This document shows, piece after piece, positions 33,421 through 38,689 of a stretch of DNA of 38,689 bases. The stretch spans positions 23,522,184-23,560,872 of the forward strand of contig NC_068986.1 in NCBI RefSeq assembly GCF_001194135.2, read 5' to 3'. Both the position numbers and the translations under genes were made by a program. The DNA comes from Octopus bimaculoides. Its lineage: Eukaryota. Under the pieces are notes generated by a model, which saw only the letters and a list, made by a program, of their open reading frames with translations, was not told the DNA's origin and made no database searches. The stretch's first letter is position 1. Each line of letters opens with the position of its first letter.

Positions 33421-33680
33421 NNNNNNNNNNNNNNNNNNNNNNNNNNNNNNNNNNNNNNNNNNNNNNNNNNNNNNNNNNNNNNNNNNNNNNNNNNNNNNNN
33501 NNNNNNNNNNNNNNNNNNNNNNNNNNNNNNNNNNNNNNNNNNNNNNNNNNNNNNNNNNNNNNNNNNNNNNNNNNNNNNNNNNNNNNNNNNNNNNNNNNNN
33601 NNNNNNNNNNNNNNNNNNNNNNNNNNNNNNNNNNNNNNNNNNNNNNNNNNNNNNNNNNNNNNNNNNNNNNNNNNNNNNNN

Positions 33681-34026
33681 GGTTCCAATTGATCCGATCA
33701 ACGGAACAGCCTGCTCGTGAAATTAACGTGAAAGTGGCTGAGCACTCCACAGACACGTGTACCCTTAACGTAGTTCTCGGAGATATTCAGCGTGACACAG
33801 TGTGACAAGGCTGACCCTTTGAATTACAGGCACAACAGAAACAGGAAATAAGAGAAAGTTGTGGTGAAAGAGTACAGCAGGGTTCGCCACCATCCCCTGC
33901 CGGAGCCTCGTGGAGCTTTGGATGTTTTCGCTCAATAAACACACACAACGTCCGGTCTGGGAATCGAAACCGCGATCTTATGACCGCGAGTCCGCTGCCC
34001 TAACCACTGGGCCATTGCGCCTCCAC
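33681..34026 (-). mobile_element. SINE family A with intact tRNA-like head
   Basis: The reverse complement starts gtggaggcgcaatggcccagtggttagggcagcggactcgcggtcataagatcgcggtttcgattccc (A and B boxes), followed by the family A body. Confidence 0.93.
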
Positions 34027-34481
34027 TCTCATTAAACTACATCAATATGAAAACAAATAGCTCAAGAATATTTATTCCTTATATTGGCAGAAGACCTGAA
34101 ACTCTGAAGACAAACATAGTCGGCTGAATCAACTTCAGAACTTGACTGGTGCTTATTCATCGAGTCGAAAAAAGCAGATAGTAAAGCTATCTTCGATGAG
34201 ACTTGAAATCAGAAAGTAAAAGCCGTAGCCAAATTTGTGTATCTGTTTTTTTCAAACATTCGATTTACAAAAATTCCAAACATGCTGAATCTAAAATATT
34301 AATAATGCTTCGAAACGAACTGAAAAATGTATGAAAATGACAAACGGAAACATAACAATACAAAAATAATCAACATCCCCACCCCACCAAGAAACGAACA
34401 AACAAAAAAAAAAGAAGAAAAAAGCACAACGTACGAGAACATAAAGATAAATTCAACTTCACTGAATTAAAATATATTCAA

Positions 34482-34910
34482 ATGTCACATACACACTCAC
34501 ACACACGCACACACACACACGAACCCACACATGCACACACAACCACACGCGCGCACACACACATGCACACACTCACGCTCACACACACGCACACATACGA
34601 ATACACACACACACACACACACGCACACAGAAACACGTATACACACATACACACATATATATACATCCATATATACATGTCTACACACAGAGACACAGAC
34701 ACAAACACGCATGCACACACACATACATACATACATATATATATATATATTTATATATATATATATATATATATATACATCTATATATACATATATATAC
34801 ATCTATATATACATATCTACACAAACACACACACACACACACGCGCATGCAGCCACACACGCACACACAAACTCACACACACACATACGAACATGTATAT
34901 TTATATATCG
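34482..34910. repeat. (CA)n/(TA)n compound microsatellite
   Basis: Read directly from the sequence. Confidence 0.93.
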
Positions 34911-35677
34911 CACGCAGTAAATTCAGTGATTCTCAACGTTTTTGAATTCGTCACGTATTGAAGATCAAATAAAAAATTACTGACACACTTCCGTGGAATT
35001 ATATTTGAAAAAAAAAAAATCTACGTTATGAGGTTAAACATTTAAAAATGTACAGTAAACTATAGCTTATGTTGGTTTATTAACCATACTTGTATATAAT
35101 AAAATTATAGATAACATGTAGAAATATTAGCATAGATTTTCTAAAGACTCAAATCAGAATTAAAAAAAAGTTGGTGAAGCACCAAGATATCGCCCGAGGC
35201 GCCCCGCGTTAGAATTGTAGAGCAAATTTATTATATCTACAACAAAGGGTTACTTAAAACTTTTAATATCAGGTTATAAAGTACATTACTTTTAACAGAA
35301 TGTTCCCGAAGTGCGGAAACATTATGTTAAAAGTAATTGTTCTTTAAAAGTTTATCGATATTATAGTGAATAGACAAAGTAAACACGGATAATTAGGCCA
35401 AAAATATTTAGGAAATATATAGAAAATCGATTTTACACCTCATCTCCCAAGATAAACTCTAAGACGTGATGAAACCACTTGAACAATTCTGTTTTCATGG
35501 ATGAATGAGGAGCTGTAGAATTACCAATAATGACCACACAAAAACGTTTAGTATTCTGTACTTCTGCATGGTAAAGCGGTTCTGTTCGCAACCACGGGAT
35601 TTGTGCTTCTTCTCTCTGTTCTGCATTTTGAATAAGTGTTTTAAAAGCGAAATTTTGCAGAGTGATGAAAATTATCG

Positions 35678-35716
<39 letters not shown>

Positions 35717-35866
35717 AGGCATAGGGTGGGCCAAAAATTAGCCACCAAAACATTTGACATTTTAGTTGTTACGNNNNNNNNNNNNNNNNNNNNNNNNNNN
35801 NNNNNNNNNNNNNNNNNNNNNNNNNNNNNNNNNNNNNNNNNNNNNNNNNNNNNNNNNNNNNNNNNN

Positions 35867-36087
35867 GAATCGTTAGCACGCTGAACGAAATGCTTAGCGG
35901 TATTTCACCCGTCGCTACGTTCTGAGTTCAAATTCCGCCGAAGTTGACTTTGCCTTTCATTCTCTCGGGGTCGATAAATTGAGTACCAGGTGAGTGCTGG
36001 GGTCGATGTAAGTGACTTACCCCTTCCCCCGAAATTTCAGGCTTTGTACCTATAGTAGAAAGGATTATTATTATTATTATTATTATA
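35867..36087 (+). mobile_element. SINE family B with (TTA)n tail
   Basis: Co-linear with 29610-29770; ends cctatagtagaaagg(att)n. Confidence 0.9.
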
Positions 36088-36587
36088 GACTTCCTAGTCG
36101 GGAACTGTCATGGATAATTTCCAGATGTCCTTGGCCCGGTAATGCTACCGGGGCAGGGAATGCTACCGTTTCGAGATAAAATTTACAGGCACGGATGTGC
36201 TGTCAGACGGATCGGTCCGAAGTGCGCGCAGCGTGACGAAACAGTTCTGCACGCACTCGTTCAGCGTCCGGGCATTGTTGACTTGTGGAGTTATGCCGAA
36301 CAGTTCCTGTCACGTGTGAGGCGGATCCGTCTACCAGCCGAATGTGTAGTGATGATCGCTCCGCTGCCCTCGTGGCGAAAGAGGTTGTTTGGTGAACAAG
36401 GCTGAAAGGCATGAGGACAGATACACTCCTCATTGGTAAAGCACTCAGTGACTTTCTCAAGTTTCACTTGAAAAGGAAATTGAGAGTGGAGGCGGAAGTG
36501 CTGTCCTCGTGTGAGTTTTTTGAAAGGTGGGTGAAAGTTGCGAAAATAGCAAGAGTGGATGGTACCACTGTCAGTGTAAACTTGTGA
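36088..36587 (+). mobile_element. L1/Tx1-clade LINE ORF2 3' fragment (zf-RVT region)
   Basis: LPFRDKIYRHGCAVRRIGPKCAQRDETVLHALVQRPGIVDLW (degenerate CxxC..ET..HAL..C..W zf-RVT), then after a frameshift VVW*TRLKG...FFERWVKVAKIARVDGTTVSVNL* (stop at 36585-36587). Confidence 0.75.
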
Positions 36588-36818
36588 GTCACAATTCTGA
36601 AGTGCATTAAACCTATTGAGTGTGACTTTTGGCTCACTTTGCATATATGTGAGCGTGCAAACATATTCTGCGGGGCGTGTTGTAATCTCAATCTCTTAGA
36701 CAGCATGGAAACCTCATGAGCCCAGAGCCGATGACCGATCTAAGGTAAATAGCGTTATTGCTTTCTTTACGTAGTGAGTAGCAATGATCCTAGAAATGAT
36801 TCTGTTATTCTTAATATA

Positions 36819-37009
36819 CAGTGTCCGTAAAGTCATGGTCGGATTTCAAAACTATTTATTAATGTAACTTGCAACACTACGCATTTTATATCTATGTTGT
36901 ATAAGAGGCTAAGTAATAAAGTTTACGTACAGTTTAGTGTCGTTGCTTTACATACATCTAATCGGTGCTTCAGTCAGAGGCATGAAGTAATGACTGTACG
37001 GACACACTG
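36819..37009. mobile_element. Tc1/mariner-type MITE (191 bp) with TA TSD
   Basis: Left end TA-cagtgtccgtaaagtcat; right end atgactgtacggacacactg-TA (reverse complement cagtgtgtccgtacagtcat). No coding capacity. Confidence 0.8.
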
Positions 37010-37312
37010 TATATCAACATTAGTATGAAAATTTGAGTAAATTAACCGAAGTAACTTTCAAAAATTTGCTACTCTTTTTTGTTTATTGCTAGGCGTTTAT
37101 TTCTTTGTATATATATCCAGATTGTTTTTTCCTTTGTTGTTTTTTGTTTTTTTGCCAATAATAAAGTCCCAATTTTAATTTTCTATTTATTTTTTCTCGG
37201 TGGAAATAAATATAGAACGCTTTCGTTACCAAGTAAACTTGTTTACAATGCTATGTGTTGTGTTCTGTATGATATAAAATGGGCAGAGGAGGGGGAGGCA
37301 TGAGAAAAGATT

Positions 37313-37359
<47 letters not shown>

Positions 37360-37495
37360 CACACATTCAGGCACAGTCATTGATTCACGAACATCTGCAC
37401 GTATGCATCCACAGGTCCACAATGAATATAGGAATATATATCCATATAATTATATATATGTGTAATGTATATATGTACATATACATACATACTTA

Positions 37496-37533
<38 letters not shown>

Positions 37534-37538
<5 letters not shown>

Positions 37539-37681
37539 GGTGCGGGCAATAAATCTTCGTCTAAATTATGCAAAATGAAAATAACATTCACATCTCATTT
37601 TAGCAGATATATTTACCAAAATTACATAAAATATCTCGAAATACTAAAGAGTAAATTTATTCAATAAAATTCCTATTGGCT
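37534..37681 (-). mobile_element. Second maT-type Tc1/mariner right end (remainder in the gap)
   Basis: Co-linear with 21798-21950 (tcgtctaaatta.gc.aaatgaaaataaca...gagtaaatttattcaataaaat...attggct) and adjacent to (TA)n. Confidence 0.85.
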
Positions 37682-38201
37682 NNNNNNNNNNNNNNNNNNN
37701 NNNNNNNNNNNNNNNNNNNNNNNNNNNNNNNNNNNNNNNNNNNNNNNNNNNNNNNNNNNNNNNNNNNNNNNNNNNNNNNNNNNNNNNNNNNNNNNNNNNN
37801 NNNNNNNNNNNNNNNNNNNNNNNNNNNNNNNNNNNNNNNNNNNNNNNNNNNNNNNNNNNNNNNNNNNNNNNNNNNNNNNNNNNNNNNNNNNNNNNNNNNN
37901 NNNNNNNNNNNNNNNNNNNNNNNNNNNNNNNNNNNNNNNNNNNNNNNNNNNNNNNNNNNNNNNNNNNNNNNNNNNNNNNNNNNNNNNNNNNNNNNNNNNN
38001 NNNNNNNNNNNNNNNNNNNNNNNNNNNNNNNNNNNNNNNNNNNNNNNNNNNNNNNNNNNNNNNNNNNNNNNNNNNNNNNNNNNNNNNNNNNNNNNNNNNN
38101 NNNNNNNNNNNNNNNNNNNNNNNNNNNNNNNNNNNNNNNNNNNNNNNNNNNNNNNNNNNNNNNNNNNNNNNNNNNNNNNNNNNNNNNNNNNNNNNNNNNN
38201 N

Positions 38202-38232
<31 letters not shown>

Positions 38233-38234
<2 letters not shown>

Positions 38235-38523
38235 GCAGCCATGCCAGTCGAACGTTAGAAAACACATCCGAGCGTGATCCTTGCCAGCGTCGATTTACTG
38301 CATTCCAGCGTGGTCGTTGCCAGTGCCGCCTGACTGGCCCTCGTGACGGTGGCACTTAAAAGCACCCATTACTCTCTCGGAGTGGTTGGCGTTAGGAAGG
38401 GCATCCAGCTGTAGAAACGTTACCAGATCAGACTGAGCCTCGTGCAGCCTTTGGCTCACCAGTCCTCAGTCAAACCGTTCAACCCATGCCAACACGGAAA
38501 GCAGACGTAAGGCGATGATGATG
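38233..38523 (+). mobile_element. Retroelement 3' end with (GAT)n tail
   Basis: gtggttggcgttaggaagggcatccagctgtagaaac...cccatgccaacacggaaagcagacgtaaggcgatgatgatg is recognised from memory as a common non-LTR/SINE 3' terminus. Family not verified. Confidence 0.6.
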
Positions 38524-38541
38524 ACATACATATACATGTAT

Positions 38542-38689
38542 ACCAACCACGCCCTTCGCCTCTTCAATTCCTTTTCTTTCCCACCCGGCCCCTCACAACT
38601 CCTCTTCACCCTGGACATCAAATCCCTATACACCGTGATTCCACACAACGATGGTCTCTCAGCCCTTCAATACTTCCTTGACCGCCGCC
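38542..38689 (+). mobile_element. Penelope-like reverse transcriptase fragment (runs off the window)
   Basis: Open frame TNHALRLFNSFSFPPGPSQLLFTLDIKSLYTVIPHNDGLSALQYFLDRR, the PLE RT LDxxSLYTxIPH motif, homologous to 20579-20670. Confidence 0.88.

Noticed and set aside
33940-34026. tRNA-like sequences here and at 4324-4385, 8907-8975, 21585-21665, 28878-28945 and 29603-29690
   Set aside because: They have A/B boxes but no acceptor stem I could pair, and each continues into a repeat body. They are SINE heads, not tRNA genes.
35712-35773. Possible mariner-type terminus (tacagg...gggtgggccaaaa)
   Set aside because: Only about 60 bp before a gap, with no second TIR or coding sequence visible.
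3621-38359. The many long ORF-track entries containing X runs or YI/CV/HT/poly-S/D/I tracts
   Set aside because: They are artefacts of N gaps and microsatellites that lack stop codons, not evidence of genes.
1-38689. Prokaryotic systems (CRISPR arrays, operons, defence islands)
   Set aside because: There is no gene-dense region and no regularly spaced repeat-spacer array; the sequence is eukaryotic repeat-rich DNA.

Overview
This is eukaryotic, AT-rich, repeat-dense, apparently non-coding (intergenic or intronic) DNA from a gapped draft scaffold with 14 N-runs totalling roughly 4.8 kb. The tRNA-headed SINE families and the microsatellite load look like an octopod cephalopod (Octopus-type) genome; that assignment is my recognition and was not checked by a search. 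I found no intact host gene, and almost all ORF-track entries are microsatellite or N-gap artefacts. The window is a layered transposon graveyard. It holds at least four SINE families, fragments of two RLE-type (R4/Dong-like) LINEs, a Tx1/L1-like 3' end, several Penelope-like (PLE) pieces, maT-type (DD37D) Tc1/mariner copies, a Chapaev3-like transposase fragment, a TA-flanked MITE and a 165-bp solo LTR with a 5-bp TSD. Four observations stand out. (1) A composite short element of tRNA-like Pol III head + (TAA)n linker + PLE-type hammerhead-ribozyme terminus, whose linker was itself hit by a Dong-like LINE. (2) Four hammerhead-like motifs, two of which share a CUGUUGA core variant. (3) A decayed Myb/SANT-like + polyQ ORF followed by two tandem CCCH zinc fingers. 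(4) Several fold-back (self-inverted) SINE structures. Family assignments come from manual translation and motif recognition only.
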